From NCBI GenBank assembly GCA_965199825.1, contig OZ241329.1, positions 736,001-800,000 on the forward strand: a DNA stretch of 64,000 nucleotides, read 5' to 3'. Made by a program: the position numbers and the translations under genes. Of this stretch, positions 19,135-27,531 are shown one piece after another (positions within the stretch are counted from its first letter, which is position 1; each line of letters begins with the position of its first letter). The DNA comes from Bdellovibrionales bacterium. Its GTDB lineage: Bacteria; Bdellovibrionota; Bdellovibrionia; Bdellovibrionales; UBA1609. The notes below the pieces were generated by a model that was not told the origin of the DNA, made no database searches, and saw only the letters and a program-made list of their open reading frames with translations.

Positions 19135-21639
19135 ATGTTAAAAAAGATAATACTTCTGGCAAGCCTACCTCTCATGGTGACTGCATGTAGCAAACTTAAA
19201 AGTGTAGCTGCCTTGCAAACCTCATCGACAAGTGCGTCACTCGGCACAACAAACTGCATCAGCTCACAAGCGGATCAAACAACCGTATTGAACTCCACCG
19301 ATTTTTTTATCACTGCGCAAACCAATTCAAATGCTTTAGCAGCTGCAACAGAGTGCCTTATTAATATCAAATCAGAGACAGCCTTTCTTGCAAAACAAAA
19401 TTGGAGTTGTGATTCAACTGCTCACGTATTGGATTATATAAACATCTGTAAAAACAAAGTTTCGATTTTGATTTCACAAAATAGCTCACAGACTTGCCCT
19501 GTTCTAAACGGGACCGGCCAACAAACGTGGGATTCAAATGGCTGGAGCAGTTGTCAAATTAGCCAGTGTGCTTCTGGCTTTGTTTTGCTCAACGGCTCTT
19601 GCCAACCCCAAGTGTGTAACCCCAACACCACACAAAATTGTGCTGTCGCAAACGGATCAGGATCGCAGATTTGCAATGTCTCTGGAACAGCTTGGGGTCA
19701 ATGTAGCGCAGCTCTGTTTTGTACTTCAGGATTTAATTTGCAAGGGGGCACATGTGTTGCAAATGTTTGTGCACCCAACTCACAACAAAGTTGCAGCGCA
19801 AACAACGGCACCGGAACACAAAGCTGCAATAGCAACGGATCGGCATTTTTAAGCTGTGGCAGTCCGACCAGTTGTGATTCTGGATTTCATCTTCAAAACA
19901 ATTCTTGTGTACAAAATATTTGTTCGCCTCAATCTCAAGAAACTTGTGGAGTGGCTAACGGCGCGGGCTTGCAAGCTTGCAACAGCGATGGATCAAGTTA
20001 TGGCGCATGTCGTGCGACATCGTGTAATTCTGGATTTGTTTTAAATAACGGCAGTTGTGCTGCATTTTTAAATCCTGGTCTTGATGGAAAATTTTTGGTG
20101 GGCTACCAAGGTTGGTTTTCGGCTCAAGGCGACGGCGACCCCTACACCACTCCAACAAATAGCTGGAGCCATTGGTCACAGTGGCAAACAGGTGCACCAA
20201 ACTTTGGCAACACCACGGTTGAAATGTGGCCTGATGTTTCTGAATACTCACAACTTTATCCAACAGCTTTCACCTTACAAGATGGCAGCCCAGCAAAAGT
20301 GTTTAGCTCTTATGATTTTAGCACCGTGCTCACCCACTTTAAGTGGATGCAGCAATACGGGATAGATGGAGCGGTACTTCAGCGCTTTACGGTGAGCAAA
20401 CAATTTGGACCTGACTATCAGACTTTTACCGCGCAAGTTGCACGCAACACCGTCAATGCCGCGCAAGCGACCGATCGAGTATTTTGTGTGTTGATCGATA
20501 CCGCGGGCGACAACGTCGATTCGATTGTTCAAAACGTGATCAATGAATGGCAATATGACGTGAACACTCTCCATCTCACCGACAGTCCAAATTATTTACG
20601 TCACAATGGAAAGCCGGTTGTTTATCTCGCACAATTTGGAATCTACAGTCATGCGGCGCCAACAGTTGATCAGGCCGCACAGATCATTCAGTTTTTTAAA
20701 AATGCGGGCGTGACTGTCGTTGGTGAAACTCCTGCGTATTGGAGAACACTCGATCATGATTCTCAAACGGATCCACGCTGGCTTGATATTTATCATAGCT
20801 ATGATGTGATTAACCCCTGGACTGTAGGCACATATCAAACCCAATCCCAAATTGATGATTACATCAACAATGTTGTTGTCGGTGATCTTGCAGACACGGC
20901 CGCACACGGTCAGCAATATATGCCGGTCATTTACCCAGGATTTTCAAGATCAAATTTGTGTGGTCAGGGCAATACCAATTGCCCCGAAGGCGTAAATTTT
21001 AATGTGATCCCAAGACAGGGCGGCCAGTTTTGGTGGAAACAAGCGTACCAATATAAAAAAGTGGGCATTCGTATGATGTATGCGGCGATGTTTGATGAGG
21101 TGGACGAAGGTACCGCCATTTTTAAAATTGCCCCAACACAAAAACTCACTCCTGCTCAGACTCCATTTTTGAGTTTAGATGCCGATGGGTTTCAACTTCC
21201 CAGTGATTGGTATTTGCAACTCGCAAGACAAACTGCGGCGATGCTCAAAGGACAAATTGGACTTTCCCAGTCGATCCCACTCCAGATGCCAGCGTCGGTT
21301 GCAGCACCCACGAATCCCAATGCGCAGATGCTTTATTCAAGAGGCAGTCTCTCGCTTCATTCGGATCATTACATTCAGAGATCTGGCTTTGTGCTCTATA
21401 TGCAAAATGATGGAAATTTAGTTTTAAAAGATCCAAATGGAGCAAACCTTTGGTCTTCTGGGACAGCTGGTCTTTGTATGAGCGGCCAAACCTATCAAGA
21501 TTGTTTAGTTGTGTACCAAGACGATGGAAATCTGGTGATCTACAATACTGTTACGGGTGCTGCGCAATCTCTTGGCGGATATGGCAGTTCAGCCTTGTTA
21601 TTTAATCGCGAAATCTCGACACCCTTACTCTTTGAGTAA
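19135..21639 (+). CDS. Lipoprotein: Cys-rich repeats, GH71/GH99-like glycoside hydrolase and a bulb-type (B) lectin domain
   Basis: Lipobox MVTAC; about four C..NG.G.Q.C....W..C...C.SGF.L....C repeats; GYQGWF, HFKWMQQYGIDG, YMPVIYPGFS, AMFDEVDEGTAIFK; QNDGNLV/QDDGNLVIY. Confidence 0.78.
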   Translation: MLKKIILLASLPLMVTACSKLKSVAALQTSSTSASLGTTNCISSQADQTTVLNSTDFFITAQTNSNALAAATECLINIKSETAFLAKQNWSCDSTAHVLDYINICKNKVSILISQNSSQTCPVLNGTGQQTWDSNGWSSCQISQCASGFVLLNGSCQPQVCNPNTTQNCAVANGSGSQICNVSGTAWGQCSAALFCTSGFNLQGGTCVANVCAPNSQQSCSANNGTGTQSCNSNGSAFLSCGSPTSCDSGFHLQNNSCVQNICSPQSQETCGVANGAGLQACNSDGSSYGACRATSCNSGFVLNNGSCAAFLNPGLDGKFLVGYQGWFSAQGDGDPYTTPTNSWSHWSQWQTGAPNFGNTTVEMWPDVSEYSQLYPTAFTLQDGSPAKVFSSYDFSTVLTHFKWMQQYGIDGAVLQRFTVSKQFGPDYQTFTAQVARNTVNAAQATDRVFCVLIDTAGDNVDSIVQNVINEWQYDVNTLHLTDSPNYLRHNGKPVVYLAQFGIYSHAAPTVDQAAQIIQFFKNAGVTVVGETPAYWRTLDHDSQTDPRWLDIYHSYDVINPWTVGTYQTQSQIDDYINNVVVGDLADTAAHGQQYMPVIYPGFSRSNLCGQGNTNCPEGVNFNVIPRQGGQFWWKQAYQYKKVGIRMMYAAMFDEVDEGTAIFKIAPTQKLTPAQTPFLSLDADGFQLPSDWYLQLARQTAAMLKGQIGLSQSIPLQMPASVAAPTNPNAQMLYSRGSLSLHSDHYIQRSGFVLYMQNDGNLVLKDPNGANLWSSGTAGLCMSGQTYQDCLVVYQDDGNLVIYNTVTGAAQSLGGYGSSALLFNREISTPLLFE

Positions 21640-21692
21640 GGCCTTTACTTTACTAGTTGCGCAAGCCAAAGGGCCCACCTAAGCTTTTGGCT

Positions 21693-22556
21693 ATGAAAAT
21701 CAATTTAAGACTTCGGCTTCTGGTTTTTTCGCTCGGACTTACGACATGTGTTCCATCGTCGAATTTTACCGCATTCGGTGGACAAGCTCAGCTGCCGCAA
21801 ATCCTATCGACTTCATTTCGAAATCACATATTTCAAATTATGGGGACGCAGCTTCAAAACATCACGAGCCTCAAGCTCAGCCAAAATAATTCTGATATTC
21901 CAATTTCAATTCTAAGCAAGACTCCAACCTCTGTGTCTGCAAGCTTTGACAGCAATTCAGTTCTTTCCGCAAGTGCCCCCGCCACGCTTGTTGTCAATTC
22001 TCCGCAAGGCTCATCAACAGCTTTATTGACCGTGGATTTAAGTAACACGTCGGTCGCCAATTTTAATTCAACAGGTATTGCCGACACGGCTCCATCAACG
22101 CTTCTTACTTTAAGTGCTGATAGCAAAGTTGGAATTGGAACGACCTCACCCACGTCTTCGTTAACGGTGGCTGGACCGATCGAGTCCACACTGGGCGGAA
22201 TAAAATTTCCAGATGGTTCAAGTCAGACAAGTGCTTTGGCAACTCAGCAAGCATTTGCATTGTCGTGCAGTTTTAATTCCAGTAACAATCAAACAGTTTG
22301 TATCAGATTAAATACCCTTACCGGTGCAAGCGTTTGTTCTTACAATGTGGGATCTGGGGCTTGGACCGCGTGCACCAACTCACCTTTTACCGCTGACGTG
22401 AATGCGAACTATTCGATCTCTTGTTCTTTTAACAGTAGTTACAACTTTACGATTTGTGTTCGGCTTAATAATACGACAGGCGCTTCGATTTGTAATTTCA
22501 ATAACAACAATCCGTCTTCAGGCACATGGTCAGCTTGCGCTGGAAATCCCTTTTAA
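21693..22556 (+). CDS. Secreted fibre-like protein (VGIGT motif) with a duplicated Cys-rich tip
   Basis: KVGIGTTSP...LTVAG.IEST.GGIKFPDGS.QT phage-fibre-type segment; two copies of SCSFNSS.N.T.C.RLN..TGAS.C...W.AC...PF. Confidence 0.65.
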   Translation: MKINLRLRLLVFSLGLTTCVPSSNFTAFGGQAQLPQILSTSFRNHIFQIMGTQLQNITSLKLSQNNSDIPISILSKTPTSVSASFDSNSVLSASAPATLVVNSPQGSSTALLTVDLSNTSVANFNSTGIADTAPSTLLTLSADSKVGIGTTSPTSSLTVAGPIESTLGGIKFPDGSSQTSALATQQAFALSCSFNSSNNQTVCIRLNTLTGASVCSYNVGSGAWTACTNSPFTADVNANYSISCSFNSSYNFTICVRLNNTTGASICNFNNNNPSSGTWSACAGNPF

Positions 22557-22563
22557 AGAAACT

Positions 22564-24051
22564 ATGCAGAATCAAATAAAAATTATTTTATTGAGCGTTG
22601 CCATATTGAGCTGTAGCAAGCTGCAGTCTTCGACAAGTTTGTCGGGCTCTTCAAATTCGGCAGCCTATTTTTCGCCAAGTTTGAGTGATTCGTTCGATAC
22701 CGTGGTCGCTTCTGCAACCCCAACAGTGGATTATGTATTTGGAACTTCGGCGGTTGCGGGCCCTGCGCAAACTGCGATTACCAATATTTCTCAACTCGGC
22801 CAAAACTTTAATCCGTTTGCCGATTTTACCGGTCAAACTCTGATCAATAGCGAACTTCAACGGTACCAACCTTTTAGTTCGTCATCCAATTTTGTTTTTG
22901 GATCGGGATCTCTCAATCTCAATGCCACGCTCGACTCGGGCGGCACGGTCGCACCCACTCTTTCGTGTCACACTTATGGATTTACTCCTGGCAGTGCCCA
23001 AAACTTTAGTTCGAACACCCGCGATTGTGGATCGACACCTTCTGCCTCGATTATCGTAGGCCAAGTTGCGGTGATTCAATACAGCGGGATTTACTATGTC
23101 AGCGCTGTGGATTCATCTTCGGTGACTTTGATGCCTCTTTTTAATTCCAATATTTCTCAGACGTACAATTCGATTTTGACATTTTTGCCTTGGGCTTATG
23201 CCACCCTAAGTGCGGATGCCAACTCTTCGAGCTGTCTCAATTTTAGTAGCTTGCCCTCGAGTGTTTCTGTTGGGCAATTCGTGAGCTTTATTTCATCCGG
23301 CGCCCAAGACTCTAATGCTTATGGAACAATTTCGATCAACTCAGTCTCTACAAACTCTATTTGTTTAAATTCGCCACAGTCACAGAGCAATGGCACCGGT
23401 GTGCTGTTTACTCCACCGATTCGCAGCGCACAAATCTGGTCAAAAAATTATTGGATACCTGGGGTTGACGGTGTCAAAACAATCGCTGCAGAACTCACGG
23501 TCATATTACCGAATACATTTGGTGCCGCGAGAGGATTTTCCAGTTTTTCTAGTTTGAACTCATCCACTCCGCTTGGCGCGTGGCCCGCATTTTGGCTGTA
23601 TTCTGGCAATTCGACTTCAAGCCAGGTGACACGCGACTATTCCGAAGTGGACGTGATTGAACTCATCATGAGTTCGACACAAGATTTTGGAACTTACACT
23701 TCAAATCTCCACGGTCCGAGCACAGGTTCGAACCTTTATATCAATCAAACAAATTCTAGTTATAACTGGTCGAATGATAAAACCTACTACTACGGCCCTC
23801 TCCCCACCAACACAGTCCATAAGATTCAATTGGTGATGACCGAAACCCAGGCGTTTCGCTATTTTGATGGCGCGTTGATGAAGTCAGACAATTATCAATG
23901 GACCTCTGGAGACTCAGCCCAAATCGCTGCGAACCTTGCGATGGGAAGTGCTTCTCCAAATTTAGCCGCAACTTTGATGTTTCCGGTTTTTGACGGCGCA
24001 TTTCCGGTATCGATGCAGGTGCAAGAACTCAAAATCTGGGCGCAAAGATAA
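22564..24051 (+). CDS. Lipoprotein with a GH16-like (LamG jelly-roll) domain interrupted by a large insert
   Basis: Lipobox AILSC; NSELQRY, then about 240 aa of insert, then SAQIWSK, WPAFWL and catalytic EVDVIE (ExDxxE). Confidence 0.7.
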   Translation: MQNQIKIILLSVAILSCSKLQSSTSLSGSSNSAAYFSPSLSDSFDTVVASATPTVDYVFGTSAVAGPAQTAITNISQLGQNFNPFADFTGQTLINSELQRYQPFSSSSNFVFGSGSLNLNATLDSGGTVAPTLSCHTYGFTPGSAQNFSSNTRDCGSTPSASIIVGQVAVIQYSGIYYVSAVDSSSVTLMPLFNSNISQTYNSILTFLPWAYATLSADANSSSCLNFSSLPSSVSVGQFVSFISSGAQDSNAYGTISINSVSTNSICLNSPQSQSNGTGVLFTPPIRSAQIWSKNYWIPGVDGVKTIAAELTVILPNTFGAARGFSSFSSLNSSTPLGAWPAFWLYSGNSTSSQVTRDYSEVDVIELIMSSTQDFGTYTSNLHGPSTGSNLYINQTNSSYNWSNDKTYYYGPLPTNTVHKIQLVMTETQAFRYFDGALMKSDNYQWTSGDSAQIAANLAMGSASPNLAATLMFPVFDGAFPVSMQVQELKIWAQR

Positions 24052-24124
24052 TTGTGAGTCAGTACCAAGGATAGACTTCGCCCCCATTATCAAATAAGCC
24101 TTTGAAGCTCACAATTGGAGCAAA

Positions 24125-25399
24125 ATGAATCGGCTGGTTTGGTTTAGGTATGATCTGCGCGTCAGCGACAATGAAACATTAGTTGAGGCAATCAAAAATG
24201 CCTCTGGATCAATATATTTTGTTTATGTCTATGATCCGAAATGGGAAGAACTCACTCCCGAAGGCTACCCCCGCTTTGGAAACTTTAAAAAGAAATATCT
24301 GGCTCAATCCTTAATTGATCTTAAAAAGAAATTGCAGGCATTGGGTGCTGATTTGATCTGCATCTCGGGTGATCCCAAAACACTTATCCCTGCGCTCTGT
24401 CAGGAACTCGATGTCAATCACCTGTACTGCTCGCAATTAAATTCATTTGAAGAGCATCGCGATGAAATCGAGATTGAGCAGCGGCTCGAAAAAACCGAAA
24501 TTCATTTATTTGAAACCCAAACTCTATTTTGTCGCTCGGATTTAAAAGATTTTAATTTTGATGTGCCCGCAAGTTTTTCTAAATTAAGAAAAGCGGCCGA
24601 AAGGCACTGGTCGGTAAGACCTCCTTTAAAAGCTCCCACAAACATACCGCAAGCGGGACCCACAACTCGTTCGAGCTGGAACTTTGAAGAGTTATTGGGG
24701 CTGCCTGTTCCTGATCGTGGGATCGTGCTTGAGGGGGGCGAGAGTGCAGCCCTTAAAGAAGCTCACACATTTATTTGGCAACATGATGCTCTTAGAAAAT
24801 ACAAGCAAACCCGCAATGGATTGATTCGCCACCGCGACTCCTCTAAATTTTCGGCACCGCTCGCGCTGGGCTGTTTTTCTTCAAGGCAACTTTATGTTGA
24901 GGTTCGGCGCTACGAAAAAGAGCGAATCGCCAACCTCTCAACCCTTTGGTTTTTGTATGAGCTGTTATGGCGAGACCATTTTCAGTTTGCAGCTCTTCGG
25001 CGAGGCCCGCATCTGTTTACAGACAAACCCCGCGGGGAATCAAAAGGACTCTCCCAAAAAGAAGAGACCGCGGCCTTCGAGGCCTGGCGATTAGGTCAAA
25101 CTAAGAGCTCCTTTGTGAATGCCGCAATGATTGAACTCTCCACCACCGGTTGGATGTCGAATCGTATGCGCCAAAATGCCGCAAGTTATTTGGTTCATGA
25201 TCTCAAAGTGCGCTGGCAAAAAGGTGCAAGATGGTTTGAGTCGTGTTTGGTCGATTATGATCCTTGTTCCAATTGGGGCAATTGGGCCTATATCGCAGGA
25301 GCTGGTACAGAAAACTCGCCGCATATATTTGATGTGGAACAACAGCGCGAGACTTTCGATGCCGATCGTTCGTTTGAAAAACTTTGGCTCAATCATTAA
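24125..25399 (+). CDS. DASH-family cryptochrome / DNA photolyase
   Basis: VWFRYDLRVSDN, YKQTRNGL, SSKFS, ELLWRD, GWMSNRMRQN, DYDPCSNWGNW. Confidence 0.92.
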   Translation: MNRLVWFRYDLRVSDNETLVEAIKNASGSIYFVYVYDPKWEELTPEGYPRFGNFKKKYLAQSLIDLKKKLQALGADLICISGDPKTLIPALCQELDVNHLYCSQLNSFEEHRDEIEIEQRLEKTEIHLFETQTLFCRSDLKDFNFDVPASFSKLRKAAERHWSVRPPLKAPTNIPQAGPTTRSSWNFEELLGLPVPDRGIVLEGGESAALKEAHTFIWQHDALRKYKQTRNGLIRHRDSSKFSAPLALGCFSSRQLYVEVRRYEKERIANLSTLWFLYELLWRDHFQFAALRRGPHLFTDKPRGESKGLSQKEETAAFEAWRLGQTKSSFVNAAMIELSTTGWMSNRMRQNAASYLVHDLKVRWQKGARWFESCLVDYDPCSNWGNWAYIAGAGTENSPHIFDVEQQRETFDADRSFEKLWLNH

Positions 25400-25444
25400 G
25401 TGATTGTTGTGGACGTTTAAAAATGTTTTTTGCATCATCAAAAA

Positions 25445-25873
25445 ATGAAAAATGATTTTTATGCCAAAGGACTTCGCTTCGAATGCACGGGCTCGGGCAA
25501 GTGTTGCGTCTCACATAACGGCTACGGCTATGTTTACCTCACCAAATTTGACCGCAAGCGAATGGCCAAGGAGTTAAAACTTTCGACCCTCGAGTTTACC
25601 CGCAAGTATTGCGAAAAGGTCGACGGTATTTGGAAATTAAAAGGCGATCAAGATTGTATATTTTTAAAAAACAAACGCTGTTCTGTTTATGAGGGCCGCC
25701 CCACCCAATGTCGAACCTGGCCATTTTGGCCTGAGCTGATGAATGCAAAAACATGGACCGAAGAAGTTGCAACATTCTGTCCTGGCGTAAACAAAGGAAA
25801 TGTACACGAAGCTACCGAGATAGAAAAAGTGTTGCAAGAGCAACTCCGCAGCGAAGCGGCTTACGGAACTTAA
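25445..25873 (+). CDS. YkgJ/UPF0153 cysteine-cluster protein
   Basis: FECTGSGKCC, CIFL...CSVYEGRPTQCRTWPFW, CPG. Confidence 0.9.
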   Translation: MKNDFYAKGLRFECTGSGKCCVSHNGYGYVYLTKFDRKRMAKELKLSTLEFTRKYCEKVDGIWKLKGDQDCIFLKNKRCSVYEGRPTQCRTWPFWPELMNAKTWTEEVATFCPGVNKGNVHEATEIEKVLQEQLRSEAAYGT

Positions 25874-25902
25874 AACCCTTTCAATTAAAATCAGGAAATA
25901 CA

Positions 25903-26304
25903 ATGACGACCGAAATTGAAATGCTGATGTTTTCGATTCTACTAGGAATTGCAATGCTATTGGCCGCAGCAGGTGGAGCCACAATCCAGCGCGGTTTAAA
26001 GTGGAACCTTGGTGCGCGTGATAAGCATCCACCCGAGCTGACCGGCATTGCGGGTCGGCTTGAACGCGCCTTTCGCAATTTTTTAGAAACTTTTGGTTTT
26101 TTTGCAGCCGCAGTTTTGGTTTGCTTAGTCCTAAATATCTCAAACTCAGCAACTTCAATCGGAACCCAACTTTATTTTTATTCGCGTGTGATTTATATCC
26201 CACTCTACGTGGCGGGCATTCCCTTGTTGCGAACGATGGTATGGACGTGTTCACTCATTGGTATTTGTTTAGTGATTTATGCCTCCATGAGTTCGGCACT
26301 TTAG
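25903..26304 (+). CDS. MAPEG family membrane protein
   Basis: GARD, RLERAFRNFLETF, YFYSRVIYIPLY, LRT; hydrophobic helices. Confidence 0.88.
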   Translation: MTTEIEMLMFSILLGIAMLLAAAGGATIQRGLKWNLGARDKHPPELTGIAGRLERAFRNFLETFGFFAAAVLVCLVLNISNSATSIGTQLYFYSRVIYIPLYVAGIPLLRTMVWTCSLIGICLVIYASMSSAL

Positions 26305-26441
26305 GGTTTTTTAAATCCACGACTCAAACCAGAGCCAACCAAGTTGGGTGTTTGCACTTTTAAACTTAGATTATTTGGTCCAACTCTTTTGGTCTAAATA
26401 TGAATTATCAGCAAATGATCAACAAGCCCCAGTGAACCCAC

Positions 26442-26954
26442 TTACGAGGATAACCCGCGATCACAACTAATGATCACAATGTGCTTAATCATTTTTGACC
26501 ATTGGTCCCTCTTGACCGGAGAGTAATTATAAAGAGGATCTTCAGGACTATCCCCTGGCAAAACGCCTTCGTACTTTAACAAACGAGTGGTTAAATCAGC
26601 AGGGGCTCGTTGTGAAGGGTCAATTTGATAGCGGCACGTATCGATCATACCTCTTTCACCAAAATGAATTGTGCCTTCGTCGGCCATTTTGACCGTGCCA
26701 TCGAGATTAATAATGTGTGAAAAAAGGCCTATTCTAAGTTCGGCTAAACATTCTTTTAAGGGAAAATCGGTTGCATAAGGATCTTGGGGTTTGTCTGGTG
26801 ATGGAACTGTATTTAAAGAGATTCCGATGTGGTTCGTCTCAACATTATCGGACAGTGCGGTACAATTTGAATCTGGCGCCATTTCAGCTGCCTCGGCTTG
26901 ATAAAAACAGCTGATCAATGCTGCAACCAAAATCACACCCAAATTTTTATTCAT
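26442..26954 (-). CDS. Hypothetical secreted protein
   Basis: Signal peptide (...YQAEA), RBS and an upstream sigma54-type promoter. Confidence 0.7.
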   Translation of the reverse strand: MNKNLGVILVAALISCFYQAEAAEMAPDSNCTALSDNVETNHIGISLNTVPSPDKPQDPYATDFPLKECLAELRIGLFSHIINLDGTVKMADEGTIHFGERGMIDTCRYQIDPSQRAPADLTTRLLKYEGVLPGDSPEDPLYNYSPVKRDQWSKMIKHIVIISCDRGLSS

Positions 26955-26983
26955 TTTTAAACCGCCCTTTGATTGAAAAAAAT

Positions 26984-26999
26984 TGCACCTCCGATGCCA
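26984..26999 (-). promoter_or_regulatory. Putative sigma54 -24/-12 promoter
   Basis: TGGCAT-CGGAG-GTGCA on the minus strand with correct GG/GC spacing; predicted start site lies just upstream of the RBS. Confidence 0.5.
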
Positions 27000-27111
27000 A
27001 TAGTGAGGAGACTATCTACAATACATTTCAAATACTGAAACCTTTGCCAAAAATTGTTTTGCAGCTCGCCTTTTATTTGCGCGCATCAATGAGGCTAAAA
27101 GTTAAAAAAAA

Positions 27112-27459
27112 TTATTTTTTATTAGAGTTACAGATCGATTGAAGTTCGTTCTCAGACTGCGCCACTCGCGATGTGGATTCGATATGTCGAATAAAATCGG
27201 CCTTCAAATCATTGAGGCCTTTTAATTCAAATTTATAAATGGCTTGAGCTTCTTTTGCCATCGCTGTGCCTTTGCTCATCACTAGGGCTTGATTCTTCTC
27301 GATGTCGGCAATCGCTTTATTGATCACATCTAGATCCTTTACAAAAAGGTTTCGGATTTGATAGGCCGAAGCTTTTTCTTGTACAAGATTGCATTGATCA
27401 GCTGCCAAACTTAAAACAGGTGTGGCGAAAGCGATAACAAGAGACAGATAAAACTTCAT
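27112..27459 (-). CDS. Hypothetical secreted helical protein
   Basis: GGAG RBS; signal peptide MKFYLSLVIAFATPVLSLA. Confidence 0.7.
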   Translation of the reverse strand: MKFYLSLVIAFATPVLSLAADQCNLVQEKASAYQIRNLFVKDLDVINKAIADIEKNQALVMSKGTAMAKEAQAIYKFELKGLNDLKADFIRHIESTSRVAQSENELQSICNSNKK

Positions 27460-27488
27460 TTCAACTCCAGTGTGAAAATAAAGTTTTA

Positions 27489-27504
27489 TGCAGAGATGAT
27501 GCCA
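27489..27504 (-). promoter_or_regulatory. Putative sigma54 -24/-12 promoter
   Basis: TGGCAT-CATCT-CTGCA on the minus strand, 30 bp upstream of the ATG at 27459. Confidence 0.5.
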
Positions 27505-27531
27505 CAAGCAAGAGGCTCGTGGCTCTTCATC

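Noticed and set aside
24050..24116. lac operator / vector contamination
   Set aside because: The arms resemble lacO half-sites but are about 50 bp apart, with no other vector sequence.
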